Of a stretch of DNA of 29,364 nucleotides, positions 8,312 to 17,800 are shown in pieces. The stretch covers positions 1 through 29,364 of the forward strand of contig JAWOBN010000067.1 in assembly GCA_046484245.1 (NCBI GenBank), written 5' to 3'. Numbering within the stretch: position 1 is the first letter of the stretch; each line of letters opens with the position of its first letter. The notes beneath the pieces were generated by a model. That model was not told the origin of the DNA. It saw nothing but the letters and a program-made list of their open reading frames with translations, and ran no database searches. The stretch is from a bacterium (lineage in GTDB: Bacteria; Hydrothermota; 32-111). A program made the translations under genes and the position numbers.

Positions 8312-9201
8312 CCAAGTTTGAGATATTTGAGGAAAAGATAAAGGCAAAGGGCAGGATGGCAAGGGTTGCAGTGGTCAATCCCATTATTCACTCAGCACTG
8401 GAAGCATCAGTGAAGGTCGCTGAAAAGGGACTGGCAAAACCGATACTGATAGGGGATAAAGCAAAGATTCAATCACTGATGGAAAAACACACTGACCTGG
8501 ATTACGAAATTGTTGATGCCCGGAGTGAGAAGGAAGCTTCTGAGAAGGCGGTTGAGCTTGCAAGGAATAATAAAGCTGATGCAATACTCAAGGGCTCTGT
8601 ATCATCAACTGTCTTTCTCAGGCCAATGCTCTCAAAGGAAACAGGTATTGTCAAGAAGGGCAGCCTTGTTTCGCATATATCAGTATTTTCCGTAAAACAT
8701 TATCACAAGTTCCTCATTCTTTCAGATGTGGCTGTCAATATTACACCTGATCTGAGTGAAAAGGTCAAGATTACAGCAAATGCAATAGACCTGGCCCACT
8801 ACCTGGACATAGAGAAACCCAAGGTTGCAATTCTTGCAGCAGCTGAATCAGTGAACCCGAAGATGCAGTCATCAATGGATGCATCAGTAATATCCAAGAT
8901 GGGTGAACGGGGTGTTTTCGGTGAAGCAATTGTTGAAGGACCCATGGCAATGGACCTTGCGGTTTCAAAGGAATCCTGTGAAGAGAAGAATTTCAAATCG
9001 CCTGTGGGCGGTGATGCAGATATAATTATTACACCTGATATCAATGCAGGCAATATATTGTACAAGGCATTGGCAAAACTCTGCAAGGCGGATCTTGCAG
9101 CTGTGCTGTCAGGCACTGAGGTTCCTGTTGTATTGACATCAAGGGGTGATACAGCTCAGGTCAAATACGATTCACTTCTTCTGGCTCTGATGATGCAGTG
9201 A
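8308..9201 (+). CDS. ptb: Phosphate butyryltransferase / phosphate acyltransferase
   Basis: ADAILKG, DVAVNITP, PKVAILAAAESVNPKM, EGPMAMDLAVS, AGNILYK, PVVLTSRGD. ATGA overlap with mce. Confidence 0.85.
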   Translation: MTKFEIFEEKIKAKGRMARVAVVNPIIHSALEASVKVAEKGLAKPILIGDKAKIQSLMEKHTDLDYEIVDARSEKEASEKAVELARNNKADAILKGSVSSTVFLRPMLSKETGIVKKGSLVSHISVFSVKHYHKFLILSDVAVNITPDLSEKVKITANAIDLAHYLDIEKPKVAILAAAESVNPKMQSSMDASVISKMGERGVFGEAIVEGPMAMDLAVSKESCEEKNFKSPVGGDADIIITPDINAGNILYKALAKLCKADLAAVLSGTEVPVVLTSRGDTAQVKYDSLLLALMMQ

Positions 9202-9208
9202 GGATGTG

Positions 9209-9640
9209 ATGATTGTATCAATAGGCGTTGACCACCGCGGTTTTATAATAAAGGATATGATAATTGAATGTCTCAAAGAGCTCAATGCAGGCATTATTGA
9301 CAGGGGCACATTTTCAGAGGAGTCAGTTGATTACCCGGATTTTGCTTCCCGTGTTGCCGAGGATGTACAGTCCGGCCAGTCTGATTACGGCATTCTGGTC
9401 TGTGACAGCGGAATAGGAATGAGTATTGCAGCCAACAGATATAAAAACATCAGGGCTGCATATATTGTCAACAGTGATATGGCTTCAGCAGCGAGAAGGC
9501 ATAATAATGCCAATATACTTGTTCTGGGTGTCAAGACAGTTGAAAGCTCCCGGATATGCAGTATAATCAATAAATTCCTCAATGAACAATTTGAGGGCGG
9601 CAGGCATCAGAGAAGAATAGAAAAACTGGAAGATAATTAA
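9209..9640 (+). CDS. rpiB: Ribose-5-phosphate isomerase B
   Basis: DHRG, SVDYPDFA, GILVCDSGIGMSIAANR, ARRHNNANIL, FEGGRHQRRI. Confidence 0.93.
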   Translation: MIVSIGVDHRGFIIKDMIIECLKELNAGIIDRGTFSEESVDYPDFASRVAEDVQSGQSDYGILVCDSGIGMSIAANRYKNIRAAYIVNSDMASAARRHNNANILVLGVKTVESSRICSIINKFLNEQFEGGRHQRRIEKLEDN

Positions 9641-9644
9641 TTTC

Positions 9645-9673
9645 TTGACAAGTATGCTGATGAAAATTATAAT
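9645..9673 (+). promoter_or_regulatory. Consensus sigma70 promoter of tRNA-Ala
   Basis: TTGACA-17 nt-TATAAT, a perfect consensus. Confidence 0.85.
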
Positions 9674-9684
9674 ATATAAGAGAT

Positions 9685-9757
9685 GGGGCTATGGCGCAGC
9701 TGGGAGCGCGTTTGACTGGCAGTCAAAAGGTCACGGGTTCGAACCCCGTTAGCTCCA
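9685..9757 (+). tRNA. tRNA-Ala (anticodon GGC), no encoded CCA
   Basis: Acceptor GGGGCTA/TAGCTCC with G3:U70. D stem GCGC/GCGC. Anticodon stem TTTGA/TCAAA with loop CT-GGC-AG. T arm ACGGG-TTCGAAC-CCCGT. Discriminator A. Confidence 0.97.
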
Positions 9758-9776
9758 TTTTAAATAAGGAGGCTTG

Positions 9777-10184
9777 ATGAAACGCATAACAATAATAATG
9801 ATGTTCATTATTCTGCTTGCCGGATGCGCGCAGAACAAGGGCTCATTCATGGATTTTGCTGCAATAAAGAATGCAGAGAGAACAATGATCAAGATGAACA
9901 GTGCAATGGAGCAGTATTATGTTGAAGAGGGGGCTTATCCCCCGCAGAATGTCAGTTTTGAAGATGAACTGAAACCGTATTTCATTACATTCAACAGGGA
10001 TAATGAACCTGTTGACAAATGGCCTGAAATGGTGGAAGAGGTGTTTATGAACGGTGAACTGATTTATGAGACAAGGGACCCGGAAACCACTTATTTTATT
10101 TACGGCCGTGCCAGGGATTCGGAGAATACAATACTGTTCTGCCGCCCCGCACTGCCTCACACGGAAGAAGAAACAAAGGAGTAA
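9777..10184 (+). CDS. Lipoprotein with a pseudopilin (GspG-like) globular segment
   Basis: RBS AAGGAGG and lipobox LLAGC. The helix ending AMEQYYVEEGAYP resembles the ALxxYxxDxGxYP pattern of GspG. Confidence 0.6.
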   Translation: MKRITIIMMFIILLAGCAQNKGSFMDFAAIKNAERTMIKMNSAMEQYYVEEGAYPPQNVSFEDELKPYFITFNRDNEPVDKWPEMVEEVFMNGELIYETRDPETTYFIYGRARDSENTILFCRPALPHTEEETKE

Positions 10185-10187
10185 AAG

Positions 10188-11354
10188 ATGAAGAGAATTA
10201 TCCCCGCAGCATTAATCTTTATTCTCATATTAGGGGTGATGGGATGTGAGACACCGCAGACAGAAACAGGCATGAATGATGTGACAAAGGAGAATGTGTC
10301 TGATGCTCTGAAATACTATGACTTCGGCAAGGAGTATCTCAAGAACAAACAGTATGACAATGCTATAAGGAATTTTGAAAAGGCAATTGCAGACAGTTCG
10401 GATTTCAAGGATGCCTATATAGGACTGGGCGATGCATACGAATCCAAGATGTATTATACCAAAGCAGAAGAGACATATGAAAAGCTCATGGAGGAAATGC
10501 CATCGCATCCTGCTTCTTATACTGCACTGGGGACACTGTACACAAAGCTGAGGGAATATGATAAAGCAGAGCAGTATTTTGATACAGCACTGGAGAAGGA
10601 TCCCGAATTTGCAAATGCATGGTACGGCAAGGGTAAATTCTATGAGGCAAAATACGGAGGCAGAGAAGGAATACTGAAGGCTCTTTCATGTTATGAAAAG
10701 GCATGTGCTATAGACAGTGAGAATCTTTCGCTTTCTTACAAATACGGCAAAGCTCTTATTGAGAGCGGACAGTACAAGGAAGCCCAGGCATTCCTCAAGA
10801 AGGTTGTTGACAGTCATCCCAAAATAGTAGGTCCCCTGACCAATCTTGCTGAGGCATATCTTGAATCGGATGATTATGAGGAAGCTGCTGAAGCATTCCA
10901 AAAGACAATTGAGCTGGACCCCACTATAGTCAATTCCTATCTCGGTCTTGCCAGGTCATATCAGGGCATGCGTGAGTGGACAAAGGCAAAGGATGCCTAT
11001 CTGAAGCTTGCAGAAGAAAACCCCAATTCCATTGTACCGTATCTGTATCTCGGTCAGATGTATCTCAATCTGAAGAATTATGATCAGGCAATCTTTTATC
11101 TCAAGAAGGGCCATGATCTGAGCCCCTCTGATACAAGAACACTGCTGCTTCTGGGGCAGGCATATTTCTTCAAGGGTAATCCCAAGGATGTGAAAACAGA
11201 TGATGACCGCGAAAAGGCATATGAGAATCTTGAGATGTCCGAGGGTTATTTCCAGCAGATAATAGAGCTGGGCAGAAATTATGTAAGTGAAGCTGAGAAG
11301 GGACTTAAAAATATCAGTAACTGGAGGAAGGAACTTGACCCGACAAGGTGGTAA
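10188..11354 (+). CDS. Tetratricopeptide-repeat lipoprotein
   Basis: Lipobox VMGC and about 8 TPR-like repeats (AY..LG..Y...Y..A...Y...L...P). Confidence 0.85.
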   Translation: MKRIIPAALIFILILGVMGCETPQTETGMNDVTKENVSDALKYYDFGKEYLKNKQYDNAIRNFEKAIADSSDFKDAYIGLGDAYESKMYYTKAEETYEKLMEEMPSHPASYTALGTLYTKLREYDKAEQYFDTALEKDPEFANAWYGKGKFYEAKYGGREGILKALSCYEKACAIDSENLSLSYKYGKALIESGQYKEAQAFLKKVVDSHPKIVGPLTNLAEAYLESDDYEEAAEAFQKTIELDPTIVNSYLGLARSYQGMREWTKAKDAYLKLAEENPNSIVPYLYLGQMYLNLKNYDQAIFYLKKGHDLSPSDTRTLLLLGQAYFFKGNPKDVKTDDDREKAYENLEMSEGYFQQIIELGRNYVSEAEKGLKNISNWRKELDPTRW

Positions 11355-11357
11355 TTT

Positions 11358-11714
11358 GTGAGCCGGATAATCCGAATCCTTAAAATAGGGATAACCGTAC
11401 TTATAATATATGCAGCAGGTTCAATGCTCTGGAGTTATATATCCGTCACAGTTAAACATATGAATGTCAAGGGTGATATCCGGGAGATGCTGCACGGGAA
11501 ATACAGGGCTGATGAATATGAATTGAGTGATATGGTCAATAAAACATTATCCGACTACAGTATTGAGCCCAATGATAATTACATTGATGTTTATAAGAGG
11601 GATAATTCCACTGCTGAAGTGAAGTTTGCCTATAAAGACAGTATTGCTATTCCCATTGTAATGAAATACATAGTAATGGAAAAGAAGGTAGATGAGGTCA
11701 TCAAGATACGCTGA
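11358..11714 (+). CDS. Hypothetical membrane-anchored protein
   Basis: GTG start 3 nt after the TPR stop, one N-terminal hydrophobic helix, in-operon position. Confidence 0.65.
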   Translation: MSRIIRILKIGITVLIIYAAGSMLWSYISVTVKHMNVKGDIREMLHGKYRADEYELSDMVNKTLSDYSIEPNDNYIDVYKRDNSTAEVKFAYKDSIAIPIVMKYIVMEKKVDEVIKIR

Positions 11715-13053
11715 TGTCCTCTGCCTCTCTCTACTTATAATAATCACCTCTGTTTTTCTCTACGGGGAAACAGAGGTGGTTTTTTACGGTAATGCCTATA
11801 TCTCAGACAGCAGAATTGAGAGTATTCTCAGAACAGATGATATCAATACCTCCATTGAGACAGTAATAGACCTTTATCTCAATAATGGTTTTCCGTTCAT
11901 TGAGATCACTGTGGACAGTTCAAGGAATATTGGCGACAAGGACATACTGTACATTGATATTATTGAAAACAGCAGATTTACCGTGCAGTCCATTGAGAAC
12001 AGGGGTGACATGTCATCCGGTCTCATTGAGTCTCTTCTGAGACTCAATGGAACTGTATTCTCCAAGCAGCTGATAGACGAGAGGATGAGTCAGCTGGATG
12101 ATATTGATTATTTGGTCAATTACAGCCAGTACACAATCAGGGCAGCCGGTGATTCCTCCCTTGTCATTATAACAGACATCAGAAGAAATGCTTCGTCATC
12201 ACTGTCAGGGGCATTGAGCCTGCACCCTGATTCACTGCAGATTGCAGGTGTTCTGGAGGTGCATCTTGTCAGTGCATTCGGAATGGGCGCAAGATATGAC
12301 CTTGTCTATAACAGGATAAATCCACACAGAAGCAATCTTGAATTGACAGGCAATATTCCCTTTATATTGAGCAGTCCTCTGGGTATTGAGTTTACGGGCC
12401 ATTACTCAAATATTGACAGTTCACTTGCTGTTTCTTCAATCCACGCGGAAACATATATCAAATGGAGGAGATTCACATTCTCAACAGGGGCGGGCAAAGA
12501 GTGGTATTTCTACAATTATTCCCCTGATTCCAATGAATCATACACAGGTCTGTCTGCAGGAATCAGATTACAGTACAATAAATTCAATGCAATAAATGCG
12601 GATTATGCATATTATCTCGGTGATAACAGTTATTCCAGATTCTCTTCTCAGATGCATGCGGGGCATGAATTTGAAACAACGGGTGTTCTGCTGTCACTAT
12701 CAGGCTCATGGATGCCCCCTGCTTACAGTACAGGGCGTTCACTGTATGTACCGATAGGAGGGAGCAGCAGTGTCAGGGGATATCCCGATGATTTTATCTA
12801 TGTGAGGGATAAGATGGAGTATTCAGCAGGTGTTTATTACAGATTCTCGCCATTTATAGATGCAGGGGTATTCTTTGATGCGGGTTTCTACAGATTTCAG
12901 GGGGATGAGCCCCTTATTGCAAATTCATTGTATGCAGGAGGCCCCTTTTTGAGGTTCAATACTCAAAACACAGGTATTGACCTCTATATTGCCAATAACA
13001 GTTTCTCCCTGTCAGGCAGCAGGATTCATATTACACTGAGCTACAGATTCTGA
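11692..13053 (+). CDS. Omp85/BamA/TamA-family outer-membrane protein (POTRA-like region plus barrel)
   Basis: Signal peptide, POTRA-like YLNNGFPF, barrel lid motif GGSSSVRGY, FFDAG, C-terminal ITLSYRF beta-signal. Confidence 0.75.
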   Translation: MRSSRYADVLCLSLLIIITSVFLYGETEVVFYGNAYISDSRIESILRTDDINTSIETVIDLYLNNGFPFIEITVDSSRNIGDKDILYIDIIENSRFTVQSIENRGDMSSGLIESLLRLNGTVFSKQLIDERMSQLDDIDYLVNYSQYTIRAAGDSSLVIITDIRRNASSSLSGALSLHPDSLQIAGVLEVHLVSAFGMGARYDLVYNRINPHRSNLELTGNIPFILSSPLGIEFTGHYSNIDSSLAVSSIHAETYIKWRRFTFSTGAGKEWYFYNYSPDSNESYTGLSAGIRLQYNKFNAINADYAYYLGDNSYSRFSSQMHAGHEFETTGVLLSLSGSWMPPAYSTGRSLYVPIGGSSSVRGYPDDFIYVRDKMEYSAGVYYRFSPFIDAGVFFDAGFYRFQGDEPLIANSLYAGGPFLRFNTQNTGIDLYIANNSFSLSGSRIHITLSYRF

Positions 13054-14460
13054 TCAGTAGTATATCTCAAATTCAAATGGATGGGGTCTCTCATTGATAA
13101 TGCGCATCTCATTTTGTTTATATTCAATGAAAGCATCTATTACATCATCCGTGAACACACCGCCTTTGAGGAGAAAATCCCTGTCATTCTCAAGTGCCTC
13201 AAGAGCCTCACTGAGAGAAGAGGGGCATGAACTGATATTGTCCCTTATATCACAGGATGCCTTTTCCATATTCATATCATAGGGACCGAAATAATTCTCC
13301 TTGAGCGGGATTTTGTTGATAATTCCGTCAATACCTGCAAGCAGCATTGCCGAACAGGCGAGATACGGATTAGCTGTTGCATCCGGAGGCCTGAATTCAA
13401 TCCTCTTTTCAAATTCTGATGTTGCATATTTGGGGATGCGGACTGCTGAAGAACGGTTTGCAAGTGAATAGAACAATTTAACAGGTGCCTCAAATCCCGG
13501 CACAAGGCGTTTGTATGAATTCGTTGAGGGGTTGGTGAATGCAAGGAGTGCCCTTCCGTGTTTCAGGAGTCCTGCAATGTAATGCTCTGCAGTCGCGGAC
13601 AGACCGCCGTACCCATTACTGTCATAGAAGAGGTTCTTATCACCCTTGAAGAGATGCTGATGATAGTGCATGCCGCTTCCCGGCATATTGTACATCGGTT
13701 TGGGCATGAATGTGGCTGTTTTGGAGTATTTCACTGCTGTCTTCTTGATGATATTCTTAATACTCTGTGTAATATCCCCGGTCTTAAGCAGCGGGTATCT
13801 CTTTATCTCTATCTCATTCTGACCCGGTGCAACCTCATGATGATGGTATATGAGGTCAACCCCCATGTCAATTATACGCTCAGAAATATCATTCCTTATA
13901 TTGAGGGCAGTATCAGACGGCTCTGCTGCATGATAACCGCTGTGAGGTCTTATTGCCTGTCCTGTCTGATTGATATTCTCGTCTATGGAAATATTTCCCT
14001 CAAGCAGTTCAATCATTGACATGGATATATTTTCTTTATTCTCTGTTATGACCCTGTCAAATATGAAGAATTCAAATTCCGGACCGAAGAGTGCTGTGTC
14101 AGCTATACCGGTGCTCCTCAGATATTCTTCCGCCCTTACTGCAATGCTACGCGGGTCACGGCTATACTGTTTTTTGCTGTCTGCTTCAAGTATATTGCAG
14201 TAGAACTCAAGGGAGGGGTGAGAGGAGTCATCATTCTTCTCCATTGTATCAGCATCAGGCATCAATACCATATCACCGCCCTCCACGGATTTGAATCCGC
14301 TGCATGATGATGAATCAAATCCCACTCCGTTTACAGTTATCTCATCCCATGCTGATGAGGGAAGAGATACAGAATGAAGTGTGCCATTGAGGTCAGTGAA
14401 TTTCAATTGAATCCATCTGTATTTGTCCAGCAGTTTTTTGTCAAATTTATCTGCAGTCAT
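13054..14460 (-). CDS. glnA: Glutamine synthetase type I
   Basis: FTDLNG, FDSSS, GPEFEFFIF, HHHEVAPGQNEI, ATFMPKP...GSGMH, NSYKRLVPGFEAP, NRSSAVRIP, RIEFRPPDATANPYL. Start placed at the ATG at 14460 because RBS AAAGGAGG precedes it. Confidence 0.95.
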   Translation of the reverse strand: MTADKFDKKLLDKYRWIQLKFTDLNGTLHSVSLPSSAWDEITVNGVGFDSSSCSGFKSVEGGDMVLMPDADTMEKNDDSSHPSLEFYCNILEADSKKQYSRDPRSIAVRAEEYLRSTGIADTALFGPEFEFFIFDRVITENKENISMSMIELLEGNISIDENINQTGQAIRPHSGYHAAEPSDTALNIRNDISERIIDMGVDLIYHHHEVAPGQNEIEIKRYPLLKTGDITQSIKNIIKKTAVKYSKTATFMPKPMYNMPGSGMHYHQHLFKGDKNLFYDSNGYGGLSATAEHYIAGLLKHGRALLAFTNPSTNSYKRLVPGFEAPVKLFYSLANRSSAVRIPKYATSEFEKRIEFRPPDATANPYLACSAMLLAGIDGIINKIPLKENYFGPYDMNMEKASCDIRDNISSCPSSLSEALEALENDRDFLLKGGVFTDDVIDAFIEYKQNEMRIINERPHPFEFEIYY

Positions 14461-14497
14461 AGCATCCTCCTTTGATTTATCAATTTCAAGGATTTCT

Positions 14498-14525
14498 ATT
14501 ATATGATAATGTCTGTTTTTTGCAA
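14498..14525 (-). promoter_or_regulatory. Sigma70 promoter of glnA
   Basis: Minus strand TTGCAA-16 nt-TATAAT. Confidence 0.6.
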
Positions 14526-14674
14526 GCATAAAGTGAATAATCCATTATATCATGTGAGAGCATATGAGGGGTTTACGTCTTTCCTCATAAGAAAAAGTCA
14601 CTGGATATAATTATTATGTAATGTTTGTTTTCTTAATAAAAAATCATTGAGCATAGCGATTGATGTAATGACGG

Positions 14675-14827
14675 TGAGGCTCACACATTCTCATCAGCAC
14701 CGGATTACCGGTTATGCACGGGTTGGGAAAGGTGCTTTCTGAGAACTGTCCCCGCCTCATTATTATTTATGAGGAAACATATCTCTTTCAAGTACTTTAT
14801 TTTTGAGGGATATCGGGTTTATTGACA
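14675..14827. repeat. Structured intergenic repeat, copy 2
   Basis: Stems TGAGGC/GCCTCA, TTCTCA/TGAGAA and AGCACC/GGTGCT, plus inner hairpin CCGG-ATTA-CCGG. Homologous to 6129-6282 and 27731-27841. Confidence 0.8.
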
Positions 14828-14849
14828 AAAGAACATATTATATTATATT
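14822..14849 (+). promoter_or_regulatory. Sigma70 promoter of the protease/Omp85 operon
   Basis: TTGACA-16 nt-TATATT, then RBS GGAGG and a TTG start. Confidence 0.6.
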
Positions 14850-14874
14850 TAGGTAAAGAAATATTGGAGGATTA

Positions 14875-17800
14875 TTGAAAAGATTAACTGCATTGCTTTT
14901 TATTATTCTGGTTTTCACAGTAATATACCCGGAACTCGGTATCCTGAGGAAGCAGGGAGCTGAGACAGGTTATAAAAGCATGAAAAAGATTCACGAGCTT
15001 CTCAACAGGCATCCGGAATACAGACAGTTCATGTTCAGGCCATCTGAGAGGAATCTGCTTGACAGCAAAACAAAAGCAGGCTCGGACACAATAAATGTCC
15101 TTGTTCTCAAGGTGGAATTCATAGAGGATACAACAACACTCACAACAGGCAATGGCAAGATGGACCTGCGCGGTTCAATGGACAGTGAGTATGAGATTGA
15201 TTCAACCGGTGACAGTGTGCGGAATCTCTATTATGACCCGCCCCATGATTCCCTTTACTTCTACAGGCAGATGGAGGCACTGCGGAATTATTATCTGGAT
15301 GATTCGCACGGCAAACTGTATGTGGATTTTGACATATACCCCAAGGGCCTTGATGCAGCATACACTGTGCCCCACGAGATGAAGTATTACGGTGATACAA
15401 TAAATATTGTCAGCGGCATGTTCTCGCTGCTGAGGGACGGTCTGAAAGAGGCGGAAATTGCGGGCAATGTGGATTTTTCGGATTTTGACTGTGTGATCAT
15501 TTTTCATGCAGGCAGCATGTGGCAGACGGATTTCCTCTATGATTCACCCTTTGACCTGCCTGCTGTCTATATTTCAGGTGCTGAATTTGTTTTCGGTGAA
15601 CCTGTTACAGTAGGAGGAGTGGAGTTCAATGACGGCATCATATATTCGGAAACAGCCAGTCAGGACGGAGGATATGCCTTTATTCAGGGCGGTCTTGCAC
15701 ATGAATTCGGGCATCAGCTCGGATTATACGATCTGTATGATACATCAGGCGAGACAATGGGCATGGGCTCATGGGCACTCATGGGAACAGGCAATTGGAA
15801 TATGAATGGTCTTGTTCCCCCTCATCATGCAGGTTACAATGCATATACGCGGTACAATACGAAACCGCGGTCTGGTTACGGCAATTATGTTTACTTCAAT
15901 CAGACACTTGATATTAACAGTGATACAAGCAATATAAAACTGAAATATCTGGGCTCCAATGAGGATTCATCATTCAAACTGGCCAGAGTACCTCTCAATG
16001 CACATGAATATTTTCTTATAGAGAACAGATATGCTTATATGAGCCCCGACACATTCTCCGATGATCCTGATTCAAACGGATTCCGTGTATGGAAGGACGG
16101 TGTGCTTGTCAAGGTCAATGATTATGATATTTCACTGCCTCTGGATATCAATACAGGTGGCCTTGCTGTCTATCATATTGACGGGAGTATTATTGATGCT
16201 GATTCAGGCAGGAATATGATAAATGCCGGTCCTGTAAAGGGCATTGACATGGAGGAGGCAGACAGGGTACAGGACTTTGAGCTGAATTATCTTGATATTG
16301 CTGATTATGAGAAGGTCTTTACAGGCAGCAAATACGATGTCTTCTACAAAGGGGGCATCAATGACAGACTCACACCCGGCACAGAACCCTCTTCAAGAGC
16401 AAATAATAATTCCCAGTCACATATATGGATATATGATATAAGCCCTCCGGGCACATTGATGACATTCTCTGTGGCATTTGACTACAGGCTTGACGGTTTC
16501 CCTTTTGAGCTCAATACGGAGGTGGATGTCAATTCACCTGTTATTGCAGAGATAGACGGCAGCAGGGTTATTCTACTTCAGACAATGAAAGGTGAGATAT
16601 ATGCTGTCAATGACCGGGGTGAACCTGCATTCAATACAACCGGAATTATGTCATCCTTCAATAGTGACAATGAGTCATATTCAACTCCGGCTGTGGGCAA
16701 TATAACTGGGCACGGCAATATATGCGTGACATCCTATTCAGGTGACATTCATGTTCTCAGAACAGACACAGTCACATCAAGGGGGCTTTTCCCTTCTGCA
16801 GAAGGTTCACCTATGCGTCTTGAAGACGCTGTTGTGGCATCACCTGTTCTCCATGATATAGACAATGACGGTCTTGATGAAATCCTCATTACATCGGAGG
16901 ATATGTATTTCCATGTATTTGAATACAATGGGAGCACTCTTGTTGAGAATGATTCAATGAAACTGTATCTGGGAGCTGAAAGCTGGTCAATGCCTGTTGT
17001 TGCCGGCAGCATGATATACATACTCGCTGCAGACGGTATTGTCAGATGCATTGATTTTGAGGGCAGTGAGGTGTTCAGAAGCAATACAGCTGATGTCAAT
17101 TTCACCGGATCATCTCCATTTGTATGCGATATGGACGGCGACAGTGTCAATGACATTGTATTCATAAGGGGAGACGGCACAGTGATATCTGTCAATGGGG
17201 AGACAGGCAGTACCAATTTTATGAAGAGAATAGGCGGATATCCGTTCTATACATCACCTGCAGCAGGTGATATCAATAATGACGGCAGATCAGAGATTGT
17301 GTTCTTCTTTGAGAATATGCTCTATGCACTGGATGCAAAGGGTAATACCCTGAACGGTTATCCCATTGAAATCACCGATTCCACTGACATACAGTCATCA
17401 CCGATAATCACTGATATCAATGATGACAGTAAGGCGGATATACTCTATCAGAGGCCTGACGGCAGACTGGATGCAATATCTGAAGGTGCATTGCCCGGAT
17501 TCCCGCTCTCAACAGAGCATACTTCCAATTCCACACCTGCTGTTGGTTATCTCAATGACAATGACAGGATTGACATTGTTGCAGCAGCTGAAAACCGCAT
17601 CTATGTTTATGAACTCAATTCATCACTCAGTGATATGTGGAATACATTCCATATCAGTCCCGGCAACAACAGGTATTATAAGCATTCTTCCCGGGTCTAT
17701 GCCAATAATGATATGATTGTTGAAGGCGCCAATAATTACATCTACCCCAATCCCGCATTTGACAGAGCAGTACTGAGATTTGAATCAGGCACATCGGGGG

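Noticed and set aside
9685..9776. tRNA as the integration site of a genomic island
   Set aside because: There is no integrase and no duplicated tRNA 3' end in the window, and the downstream genes look like core envelope genes.
14461..14529. 23-aa N-terminal extension of GlnA in the ORF track
   Set aside because: It overlaps the predicted promoter, and a strong RBS precedes the ATG at 14460.
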